This document shows, one piece after another, positions 52,744 through 64,000 of a stretch of DNA of 64,000 nt. Under the pieces are notes generated by a model. It had not been told where the DNA came from. It did no database searches and saw nothing but the letters and a program-made list of their open reading frames with translations. The position numbers and the translations under genes were made by a program. Position 1 is the stretch's first letter; each line of letters starts with the position of its first letter. Source of the DNA: Rhina ancylostomus (Eukaryota); NCBI GenBank assembly GCA_030265395.1, contig JARFYF010000057.1:22244708-22308707 (forward strand). Direction: 5' to 3'.

Positions 52744-54186
52744 NNNNNNNNNNNNNNNNNNNNNNNNNNNNNNNNNNNNNNNNNNNNNNNNNNNNNNNNN
52801 NNNNNNNNNNNNNNNNNNNNNNNNNNNNNNNNNNNNNNNNNNNNNNNNNNNNNNNNNNNNNNNNNNNNNNNNNNNNNNNNNNNNNNNNNNNNNNNNNNNN
52901 NNNNNNNNNNNNNNNNNNNNNNNNNNNNNNNNNNNNNNNNNNNNNNNNNNNNNNNNNNNNNNNNNNNNNNNNNNNNNNNNNNNNNNNNNNNNNNNNNNNN
53001 NNNNNNNNNNNNNNNNNNNNNNNNNNNNNNNNNNNNNNNNNNNNNNNNNNNNNNNNNNNNNNNNNNNNNNNNNNNNNNNNNNNNNNNNNNNNNNNNNNNN
53101 NNNNNNNNNNNNNNNNNNNNNNNNNNNNNNNNNNNNNNNNNNNNNNNNNNNNNNNNNNNNNNNNNNNNNNNNNNNNNNNNNNNNNNNNNNNNNNNNNNNA
53201 GTTAGAGGAGGACCAGTTGAAGAATGGGTGCTTGACGGTCAGTATAAACCCAATGGGCTGAAGGGCATATTTCCATGCTACTTCTTGCCATGACTCTACA
53301 CAGACCTGAAGGCTTTCACAGATTTTAATATACAAATACAGCTATGAAATATAATGAGCACTGTTTCACCTCACTCAGGATGCATGACCAATCCTTCCAT
53401 CCTTCACGTTTGAAGAGATTTCCTCCTCAATTGCACATGGAATGACCCGATTCCTCATGCAACACTCCTTTTAGAGCATTGGGGGGGAGCTTAGACCAAG
53501 TGGTGCCACGAGTGCCTTGCAGGACAATAAAGTCAACAGGAGTCCCATACTTGTCTTTAGATCCTTAGAACAATGGCACCAGCCACCACCACCATTCCTC
53601 TCAGTGATCAAAAGATCCCCAATCCTGAATTCCCCTCACCCAAATCCCAAGCTCCAACAATTGAAAGCTTTTAAAAAAAATTCATATTTGGGTATCATGT
53701 AGCATGGCATTGATGCAGCTGATCCAAATAAAATTCTATTTAATAGTGACTCCTGACATTGAAGGTGCAGGATATAGCGATGATAATTCCATTAGAAGTC
53801 AAGAGTAAGTGGTTAGGATCTCTCTTGTTGGACATGATTATTGCCTGACAGTTTTGTGACACAAATGTTACCTGCCACTTAATAGTCCATGAATGTTGTC
53901 AAGGCCTTGCTAACTACAGGTATGGGATGCCTTATTAGCCGACGAGTTAATAAAATTATACAATCAGCAGTAAACATCCCCACTTCTGACCTTCTGGAAG
54001 GAAGGCCATTGATGAAACAAGATGGCTGGGCCTAGGATACTGCCCTGAAAAGCTTCTACAATGATGTCTTGGGTTAAGATGACTGACAACCAACATCACA
54101 ATCACCTTCCTTTGTGCTCCAAGCACTGGGTGCTTTTCCTTTGATGTCCACTGACTTCAGTTTTACTAGGGCTTCTTAATGCCACA

Positions 54187-54334
54187 GCAATACACAAAGC
54201 CCTATCCAGATGAAGGGTCTTGACCAAAAACATTGACTGTCCATTTCCCTCCATAGATGCTGCCTGACCTGCTGGGTTCCTCCAGCATCTTGTTTGTTGC
54301 TCCAGATTCCAGCATCTGCAGTCTCTCACATCTC
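54187..54334 (+). repeat. Penelope-like short repeat with a 12-bp target-site duplication
   Basis: gatgaagggtcttgacc...gatgctgcctgacctgctg...gattccagcatctgcagtc, flanked by cttaatgccaca (54175-54186) and cttgatgccaca (54335-54346). Confidence 0.7.
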
Positions 54335-55067
54335 CTTGATGCCACACTTGGTCAAATGCTGCCTTGATAGAGGGCAGTCACTCCCACCCTCCACCTCTGG
54401 AATTCAGCTCTTGGGTCCATGCTCGAACCAAGGCTTTGAGGAGGTTTGGAGCCGAGTGGTCCTGGTGCAATCCAATAAGACATCAGTGAACAGGTTATTG
54501 GAGAAGCAGCATCACTTGATAATACAATTGATGACACCTTCCATCACTTTGTTAATGATTGAGAGTAGTAATTAGATTGGATTTCTCTTGCCCTTTCTGC
54601 ACAAGGCAAACTAGGGCAATTTTCTATATTGTCAGCTAAATGCCAGTGTTGTAACTGTACTGGAACAACATGGCCAGAGGTACGGCGAGTTCTGGAGTAC
54701 AGATTCACGTTTGGTCCCATCGCCTTTGCTATATCCAGTGCTCTTAGCCATTTCTTGACATTGCATAGAGTGGATCAATGAGGCTGGAGATTGGCTTCTG
54801 TAAAAAGCGAGAATCTCTGGAAGAAGCCAAGTTGGATTATCTCTCTGACACTTTTGGTTCAATATGGTTGTAATGCTTCAGGCTTTTTTTCTAGCACTTA
54901 CATGCTCAATCCCAGTATGGAGGGTGGAGATATTCTTGAAGCCTTCAGCTCCCAGTGCAGTTTTATTGTCCACCACCATTCACCACTGGATGCAGTAGGA
55001 CTACTGAACTTTGATCTGATGGGTGTGAGATTGCTTAGCTCTGCCCATCACATGCTGTTTAAACACC

Positions 55068-55383
55068 TGTTACGTACCAGCAACAACAGAAACACACCGA
55101 GACATGTATAGGTGTTAAAAACTACTTTATTAATAACTACTTATGATAATNNNNNNNNNNNNNNNNNNNNNNNNNNNNNNNNNNNNNNNNNNNNNNNNNN
55201 NNNNNNNNNNNNNNNNNNNNNNNNNNNNNNNNNNNNNNNNNNNNNNNNNNGACTCCGACTGGTTGTTTCAACAACAACGTCATGACGTTCTTTATCTTCT
55301 GTTGACGTAAGCTCGCCACACACACACACACACACACACACAATCTTAAAGGAACCTCACTAATTGTAACCTAGTCCGTAACA
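55068..55383 (-). mobile_element. Solo LTR (Gypsy-like), containing a gap and a (CA)n tract
   Basis: TGTTACG...CGTAACA inverted termini; 4-bp TSD cacc at 55064-55067 and 55384-55387; AATAAA on the minus strand near 55120. Confidence 0.8.
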
Positions 55384-55689
55384 CACCCAAGTGCTCTTGC
55401 ATTGGAGCTTCATTAGATTGGCACCTCATTGGTTTCCAGGATGTCTGGTCTTGCTCCTGGTATGACCTCTATAGTCCTCACTGAATCAGGGTGGATCCTC
55501 TTGCTTGAAGCAACAGTAGACACTACAAATTATGGTAGAGTATATTTCTGCTGTTGGTCAACATGGATACCCACTTTTGAGCTGCCAGATCTGTTCAAAT
55601 CTATTTAGCACAATTGTACATTACTGTATAGTTCTTCAATACATCGAGTCTCTGCTGGCATTCATAACAATCACGTCAGTCCCATTTCC

Positions 55690-55932
55690 CCACTACATCT
55701 CTCCCAAATGCCCATCAACTCCTCTCTTATTCTTACCTACATTAGAAATAATTTACAGTGCCAATAACCTGCTAACCAGCATGTCTTTGGGACCTGGGAA
55801 GAAACTGGAGTTCCCAGGGGAAACCCAGATGATCACAGGGCAACGTGCAAACTCCAGGCAGACGGCATCAAACATCAGGATTGAACCAGAGTCATGGGTG
55901 CTGAGGCAGCAGCATTACTGCTGTACCACCTA
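55690..55932 (-). mobile_element. V-SINE-like element
   Basis: aaactggagttcccaggggaaaccca...aacgtgcaaactcca...tgaggcagcagc...ctgtaccacc. Confidence 0.8.
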
Positions 55933-56699
55933 ACATGATGGAAGGTGTGTTTAGTGTGTTGTATTTGTTCTGCAGGTATTCAAGCAATGCACATAACCAA
56001 ATCAGCTCCACATTTGTCTTCTTCCTCGGTTCTCTCATGAATGTCTGAGAAGAGACAGTTACCATCCATGGACAGACAATACCATAGCTCTGGACAAACT
56101 TAGTCTAAATTTTTTGGAACAACGGCATCAGGTTTGAACCAGGGATACTACTGATTTTCCTGGGTGATAAATGAATCTAAAAAAGGCATGAAGCCCGAAC
56201 TTCTGGCATGTAATTAGACCATGTCCCTGTGGGTATCAGGCAATGCTTCTTTTCATAGTAACACCCTCCTATTAATAAATATCTTTGGTTAACAAAGTAC
56301 TAATCTTTCAGACCAGTTATCTACTCACAGACCTGCCCCTTAGCATTGCAATCTCACCCCAATTATAGACTACTTTAAAATTAGAATTTCTATTTCAAAT
56401 CAGGAAGTTTAATTAGCTATCTTAATCGACAGCTGACAAGAGACTATTTTAACATAAATACCAAGAAACAGTTAAAGAAATTACACAAACTAGTATTTGA
56501 GACAATACACTGAATTCTAAGCCTCATTGTTCCCACCAGCACTCTGCACTATACTAATCGTAGTAAACACAAGTTCTTCTCTACATTGTTGCTTAGCAAA
56601 GCAAGTAATAAAGGAGTCTCTGACCAGAGCTTCCGTAACTGATAGTGAACAACGTTCAACGTCACTGGTGTATAAAACAATGCATCAGAAATCAAACCA

Positions 56700-57270
56700 C
56701 AAATAAACATACAAATTAGAGACAGGCCAAGGTCCCTCAAGCCTATTGTGCCATTTAACAAGATAATTTAATTGTCAATTCTACATTTCTACTTGCCCAT
56801 GGCAAGTAAGCTTACAACTCCCTTGATTATCAAGAATCTATTTATTTCTGCCTTAAGACGCTTCCTCAAAAGGGCAGCAGAAACAGAATTCCAAAGAGAA
56901 TCCTAACCTCAGAGATATAAATGCATTTTATTTCCCTCTTAAAAAGGCACCCCTTTATCATTAAACTGTGCCTCCTAGTTTGAGATCCACTCTGTCAAAA
57001 TTCCCGAGTGTCCTGTTTTAAGTCTCTCTCGTGAACTGCAATGGATACAAACCTAGACTACACAACCCATCCTATGCGACAACCCACCCATTCCATGTAT
57101 TTGTCCAGCAAACATTCTTTGAACTGCTTCCAGTGCAATAAGATCGCTTTATAAATGAGATAAATATTGTACACAGTACTCCAGATATGGACTCCCTACA
57201 TTATTGAAACATATCCAAGTTCCATATTCAAATTCCTTCAAAAAAACTAATTTTCAATAACAAAGTAACT
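56700..57270 (-). mobile_element. Old CR1 3' fragment
   Basis: ttaaactgtgcctcctagtt, ttgtacacagtactccagatatgg. Confidence 0.65.
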
Positions 57271-60200
57271 GAAAAGTGTATACATTCAATATATTCTGCA
57301 CTAATGCACCTCACAATGTTCTCCCCCCCCCCCCAGACAGAACACTAGTTGGAAAGCCAAAAGTTATATCACAGAGTAACTCTTGCGATCCAAATACTCA
57401 AAGTGACATGCCAATTCCAAGTTAAACCACAATACATCAAGTTTTAAAGAGTTTTGAAATCCTAATGCCAACAGCAATTGAGGAAAGGAAAAAAAGGTTT
57501 AATTAAAAACATAGCTCCATTGTGAGCCATTCAGGCTCTCTACTCTCTAGTGGCATTCTCCAGCTTCCTCTTCCTAGAGAAACTCAGAACCGATGTTGAG
57601 ATCTGACAGACACAGTGACACATGGGGGCAGAAATTCATTCTGTTAGATGCATGAACCACATAACATGATAATTTGTGTTTGTTGAACTCTGACTTCAGT
57701 GGAATTGAATGTCAGAAGCAGAGTTCATCATACATCGTGTTTTTCAGGCAGGGAGGACACATTTCAATGTAAAGGTATTTTTCCCCCCACCCTATTTCCA
57801 GTTCAGATGGTAAGGCAACACAGTTCTACCAGCTGGACAATAGAAAGTCAACNNNNNNNNNNNNNNNNNNNNNNNNNNNNNNNNNNNNNNNNNNNNNNNN
57901 NNNNNNNNNNNNNNNNNNNNNNNNNNNNNNNNNNNNNNNNNNNNNNNNNNNNNNNNNNNNNNNNNNNNNNNNNNNNNNNNNNNNNNNNNNNNNNNNNNNN
58001 NNNNNNNNNNNNNNNNNNNNNNNNNNNNNNNNNNNNNNNNNNNNNNNNNNNNNNNNNNNNNNNNNNNNNNNNNNNNNNNNNNNNNNNNNNNNNNNNNNNN
58101 NNNNNNNNNNNNNNNNNNNNNNNNNNNNNNNNNNNNNNNNNNNNNNNNNNNNNNNNNNNNNNNNNNNNNNNNNNNNNNNNNNNNNNNNNNNNNNNNNNNN
58201 NNNNNNNNNNNNNNNNNNNNNNNNNNNNNNNNNNNNNNNNNNNNNNNNNNNNNNNNNNNNNNNNNNNNNNNNNNNNGAAACTGGTTCCCCCAGAACACAT
58301 AGGACAAAGTACATCTCAATTGCAACATCTGAAGTAATAGATTTAATGCAAATTTTTCATTACACAGCCACACAGACCCAGAAATTTACAACTGGATACT
58401 CTGCATTTACTGTTATCTGACAAGGTACTAAAAACACACAAATATACTAAAATCCATCGCATGTGTGTGCATGATAAAAATCAATAATGGGCAAATTCCA
58501 CATAGCAAGAACTTTAAGAAGCACAACATTCAAATTCAGTAGATTCATGATTTTGAGGTAGAACAATGATTAGTTGAGAAGGGCAAAGAAGATAATTGAT
58601 GTTAGGTATCTTCAGCTGAAGAGGTAGCAACAGCACAGGCACAATGGGCTGAACAGCCTCTGCCATACTCCAAATTCTAGCAATACTACAATAGAAGTGT
58701 GGTACTTGAACATTTCCCACCCCTCCCCCCATTAAAAGGGGCAGTGTATTCTAAGTAAACAAAATAAGCTATTCAAACAAACATTGCCACATTGTACAAC
58801 ACATTTCCACAGCTCAACTATGACAGTGAAATAGAAATTCTCCCTTAGCCAAAAGGTCCAACATCTCCAGTTCTTCTTTTATAACAAGCTCACTTTGAGC
58901 ACAGTGCTGTATCATCTTCAGCATGGCAATCAATTAATGCTGTGAAACAGTCAGTGGAAGGTAGATCAAATTAATCTCAATATCTGCCAAACATCGACTC
59001 CAGGTCCCTCAAAACATGAACCACAGGTAGCAGCTTCATTGTAAAAAAAATGCTCTCTACATTCTGGTTTATATATAAAAAAATTCAACAATGCCATGAA
59101 ATGGAAAAGAATACTGAACTTTTAAGAGGCAACGTGGTTTTTTTTTGCACTGTTCTGCTGCCACTAAACAGCAAATTTCATGTCACAAGTCAGTGATAAT
59201 AAATCTGATTTTGAATTATGCCAACTCTCTCCTGGATACATCAGAAAACCACACCAATTATATAAAATGTCCGTTAAGTACTTATTGCCTCATCATTGTA
59301 GAATGGTAGCAGTTTTGTCCTTTTAAGGGAGGCTCCCAAATTCAGGCATAATATACACCGGAGTTCCACGCGAGAGAGTATGAACACTTAGTTGCAAACA
59401 TCATTCCACAATGTCTCCAAATTTCACAGCTGAAAGAATACAGGTGTGTTAAACCACTGATACAGCTGATGGTAATGCAATTAAGACCACTTCAACTACT
59501 GAATTTTTTGTTCCAATCCAACATTAATGAGTCTTTTAATGTCAGTGGGGTGAATATAGAATTCAAAATGGCAACAACTTCATGTGAATTGCTCATTGCG
59601 TCATTAAAAGTAGCACAGAGTTAGCCTTGAGCTTGGGCCTGCAATCTACACAAAACCCTTGCCTGGTCAGTTCACGTGTCTACAGATTGTGTTTTTTGCT
59701 TGATGCGTATACTCAGCTCTAATCTCCAGTTGAAAGTAAGAAGTTCCCATTGGAAGTTTAATACACATCTCTAGCCTGGCAAAAATGCAAGGTCAAATGG
59801 TAAGAGATAAAATCCAAGCAGTTCTGTACAAACTTAAAAGCCAAAAGGAGACTCAGCTGTGATCATCCAAGAGGAATGCAAATATCTGCAGAACCTTAAC
59901 AATGTATCGACATACTATAATTAACTACTTCAGGCAGATAAAGATATTTTACTAAAAGGCAAGGGGACAGTCCTTAGTGCCTTTTAAAATAAATGCAGCA
60001 GTATAATCCGTAGTGTATCACCTGTATACCAATTCCAATGTTATAGCGAGCTTGTTCTAATGCCAGAACAAAGGTACCCTTTACATCACATTTTGCTTCA
60101 ACTACTCTCAGGTTTCTCCACTGGTCAGAACTTTATACATTTAAAAACAAAAGTCCAACACCTCTCTCCTTGATCCATCCCACCATTTTGTGAGCAATCT

Positions 60201-60549
60201 CATACAATCCCAGAAAGATGTAGCACAAGGAACAATTTAGCCCAGTGTTGTGCCTTTAGTGCAGTAACAGTCATCGAACTGTTCTACTTTCTCCAGACCT
60301 GTGGATAACTCCCCCCACCCCCTTTCCAGTATTTATCTAGTTCTCTTTTCAATGTTATTATCGAATCGGTGTGCTTCAGATTGTGTAGGCCCCAATAATT
60401 TACCATTTAACTATAGGTTTCTCAAGTTACTTATGGGTCTTTTGCCAACTGCTGTAAGCCTAAGTCCATGTCCTTTTACAATCTTCCTGCAAGAACTACT
60501 TTTAAGGGCCATATTAAACAGAGATGAAGGAGGCTCGACAAGCATCGAG

Positions 60550-60870
60550 GATGCATTGAGGATGGTTCCCCTAACTGGGGAGGCTAAAACCAGAGAGCAC
60601 AAGTGCAGGGCAAAGGAGATCTCCTTTAAAACCGCAATAAGAAAAAATTTCATCTTTCAAAGGGTTGGAATTTCCTTTGAGAGAACAGTGGATGTTCAAT
60701 CATTAAGTATATTCAAGGGTTGAATATAGAATCTTGAACTTGTGGGGGAAATTAAGGGTTATGGGGATCTAAGCGGAATTGAAGCCAAACATCAGATCAT
60801 CCACAACCAGGCTGAAGGGTGGATCTGGCTCGAGGGGCTTAACAGCCAGTTCCAGCTAGTATTTCTTACA
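60550..60870 (+). mobile_element. Old CR1 3' end
   Basis: RMVPLTGEAKTREHKCRAK..FKTAIRKNFIFQRV. Confidence 0.65.
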
Positions 60871-61319
60871 AATTACGTATGGACAGCCTGGAGTAATTCA
60901 GCTTCCATTTCAGAATTTGTTTTAAAATATTTTTAAGTTGGTTTGTTAAATGAAAACACACTTTCACTTTGGCTGGAATGCCAAGAAGAATCTTTGGCAG
61001 AATTGATCTGAGCCACAATTTCCAACAAGTTATTGAACTTGTCCAATTCATTAAAAGGGAGGCAACAGTTTGGCAGAGCAGGGAAGAAGTGGAATCACGA
61101 TTGACAGCTATGGTGTTGCTGCCAGCAACTGGATATAGACCAGGGCATTGCCTGTCCAAATAATCAGAATGTAGGGCCTTTGATTGGCAGCAGTAAAAAA
61201 AAACATAAGATTTACTCACATGTATTGGAGAGAAAATTTACAGATCCTTTTCCATTACTGGACAAGGCACTCTCATTTGAGTTGGAAGGTTGTGATCCAA
61301 AGACCTTCTCCAATGAACT

Positions 61320-61680
61320 CGAGCCTAAAATTCTCTGCAGGAACAGGAGGTCCAGAATGGATGGAGCCTTACACTGTCAGAGATATCACGATTCCAATGA
61401 GACATTAAAGCAAGACCATGCCTTGCAGATGGTGCAAAAGATCACTTGGACTGTTTTAATAATAAAGAGCAAGCTGATCCCCCTGGTGGTCCTGCCAATA
61501 TTTACCCCTCAACCAATATCACTAAGAATAAATTATCTAATCATTATCACATTGCTGTTGGTGGGTCCTGCATTTCCTACATTATAACATTGACTACACT
61601 TAAGTATTTTGCTGGCTATAAACCACTTTTGGAAATGTGCTGAGATTGTGAAAATACTTCTATAAATACGAGTCTCAATA
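61320..61680 (+). mobile_element. Deu-domain SINE
   Basis: ccaatatttacccctcaaccaatatcactaa...tcattatcacattgctgttggtggg...tttcctacatta...ctataaatacgagtct. Confidence 0.75.
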
Positions 61681-62539
61681 TCGAGCAGTTAGCCACTCAA
61701 CAGCAGTAGCCAACTCATGGGAGGACCACACAAGGACAAACTTTTACATTCACCTCTGGTTCGGCTGCCGGGAGCCTAGCCAGTCTAAGTTGGTCCACAA
61801 TTCGGTCATGGATACATGTCATTTTCCTTGATCCTTATTGCTAATTCTTGATCAGTAGCCCTCTTATCTCAAAATTAGAATGTTCAAATCCTAGGATTTG
61901 AGGACTTCCTGTATATCAAAACCTCAATGTAGCACTGAGCAAGTGCTGAACAAATGTTAGCAACGTCTTTTGGATATTAATCCAACACCTTTATCTGCCT
62001 CACTGGTGAACATTACATTGCAGTATTTTGGAGAGAGCAATAGAGTTCTTAATTTCCTGGCTGTTATTTATTCAGCAACTCAGAACAGTGACAAAAATGA
62101 AAGTTACATGGTCATTTATCACAATAACTGTTTATAGGAATTTCCTGAGGCACAAATCTTGCCTCTCCTCCACGGAAAGCAACAGAATTGAACATCTGCC
62201 AGTGTGAAGAATTTTGGGTAAATACAGAGAACCCCAATGTCACTAAAGTCTCTCTTTTCTAAAAGTTGCTCAAGACAACTAGGCTACAGTGACCTGTAAT
62301 ATTTTGGCTGCAGGATTATACACATTACTTAACTCAAAAATAAAAATCATTGTTCCTTACACATGGATAATGGGTCAATGTCCATACCTTCAAAAACATG
62401 CAATAAATCCACATCATCAGTAAAATGCCAAATACATTCTAATATTCATTAAATAAGGTTTCACCAGGAGCACAGTGCTTCAAACATTACCACTCAGTGT
62501 AAACATGGACCAAAGGCCAAACTCTAGAAGTGAAGCAAG

Positions 62540-63440
62540 ACTTACTGTGGCATCATGGAGCTCCGGTAAAAATGAAATTAATGGACAAAGGGAAAACATT
62601 CCAATGACTGGAACTTTGAAGAAAGGAAGATGGCTGTGGTTGTTGAAGGTCAATCAACCCATCCCCAAGGCATCAGCACAAGAGTTCCACAGGGTAGCAT
62701 CATAGACCCAACCATCTTCAGCTGCTTCATCAATGACCTTCCTTCCAGCACAAGGTCAGAAGTGGGGACATTTGTTGATGACTGCATAGTGTTCAATTCC
62801 ATTTCACTATATTTAGCAAGAACTAAGCAACATTCAAGCATGGGCAATAAGGGCAGGTCAGACGCTGGATGGCTTCTGCTGAGCGACTTGCCTAACACCC
62901 CAAAGCCTTTCCATCTACTTCACACAAGTCACGAGAGAGACAAGATACCCTCCAGTTTATGGGATGAGTACAGCTTCAAAAATGCTCAAGAAGCTTGATG
63001 CCATCCAGAATAAAGCAGCCTACTCAATCTGCGCTCTATGTACCACTCTAAACATTCATTCCTTACATTACTGGCACACTGACTGCAGTGTACACAATCT
63101 GCAACTCAGTTACTAGCCCAGGCTACTCCAACAGCAGCTCCCTAACCTCTCTGCCCTTTATCGCCAAGAAGAGGGAGGGCAGCTACATGGGAACATCTAC
63201 ACTTGCAGGTTCCCCTCTAAGTAGTGTACTGTTCTGACTTGGGTATATGATCAACATTCCTTCAACATCACTGGATCTAAATCCTGCAACTTCTGCCCCA
63301 ACGGCACAATCAGCGTAACTTGACCAGACTGAATGGATGCAGTTTGAAAAGGTGCTTCACCAATACCTTCTAAAGGGTGATTAGGCTTGAACAATGAATG
63401 CTCTGTCTTGCTAGCAGAATCCAGATCCCATTTGAATCAC
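62540..63440 (+). mobile_element. L2/CR1-like LINE, RT to 3' end
   Basis: RVPQGSIIDPTIFSCFINDLPS..EVGTFVDDCIVF; tail aatgaatgctctgtcttgctagc..ccagatccca. Confidence 0.85.
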
Positions 63441-63499
63441 AGTTCAATTTCCTATCGTACTAGCCATCCTCACAAGTCTAGACATCTAGCAACATATAG

Positions 63500-63835
63500 G
63501 GAGGCACCATGGGCCAGCAGTTAGCACTGCTGCCTCACGCTTCCAAAGGACTAGGTTTTATCCTGACCTTGGATGCCATCTGTGTGGAGTTTACATATTC
63601 TTTCCATATCAGTGTGGGTTACACCCAGGTGTTCAGGTTTCCTTTTCCAGGCATGCAATTAATTGGCAACTGTAAATTGCCCTTAGAGCAGTTGAGTGGC
63701 AAAAGAGTCAAAAGGAGTAAATGGATGGAGAATAGGGTTCAGGACTACAAGAGGGGGGGATATCAGACTGGTGGGATTGTTCTGTTGGGAGCCAGCATGA
63801 ATCTGATGGGTTGAGTAGCCTTCTTTTGTGTCATT
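63500..63835 (+). mobile_element. V-SINE-like element
   Basis: gttagcactgctgcctcac...tctgtgtggagtttacat...ttaattggcaactgtaaattgccc. Confidence 0.8.
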
Positions 63836-64000
63836 ATAAGAGAATCTGTAACCTTGCTTATTCCAGCAGAACCACAATACAGTATTACAAAACACAGTGA
63901 CCAGGGATGAGTGAATCCAACTGTGAAGCACCAACTCCATGTGGGTAAAGTTGCTTACTTGTTCTATTGGAGAGAGATAAACACAACCTAAATTTAGGCT

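Larger units (their letters stand above)
53650..55630 (-). mobile_element. Decayed L2/CR1-like LINE ORF2 hosting nested insertions
   Basis: aaacatccccacttctgacctt and ccattgatgaaacaagatggctgggcctagg are reverse complements of the RT motifs at 62.7 kb; interrupted by a Penelope-like repeat and a solo LTR. Confidence 0.7.

Noticed and set aside
6777-58373. Long ORFs composed of X or CV/HT repeats
   Set aside because: Artefacts of N gaps and microsatellites.
1-64000. CR1 orientation bias as a marker of the gene boundary
   Set aside because: Both orientations occur throughout, and the counts are too small to infer anything.
1-64000. Prokaryotic-type systems (CRISPR, operons) or true tRNA/rRNA genes
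   Set aside because: The sequence is vertebrate; tRNA-like boxes belong to SINE heads, and there are no repeat-spacer arrays.

Overview
Vertebrate genomic DNA, probably from a cartilaginous fish (inferred from the repeat set: abundant CR1 LINEs, V-SINE-like and Deu-domain SINEs, Penelope-like short repeats). The assembly is a draft with many N gaps. The only host gene I can support is phospholipid phosphatase 2 (PLPP2/PPAP2C/LPP2) on the minus strand. Four internal coding exons (19399-19550, 17705-17979, 10357-10414, 1593-1769) have canonical GT-AG sites, compatible phases and all three catalytic motifs. The first coding exon was not found, and the last exon lies left of the window. The rest is intronic or intergenic DNA with decayed retroelements, Tigger-like DNA transposon remnants and a solo LTR; repeat boundaries are approximate and family names come from recognition by eye. 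I found no convincing new multi-gene system. The best leads are a pre-miRNA-like perfect hairpin (8.5 kb), an inverted duplication in intron 4 (4.1-4.9 kb), shifted N-glycosylation sequons in PLPP2, a diverged duplicated non-TE element (24.5/26.6 kb) and a CpG-rich candidate promoter beside a gap (27 kb).
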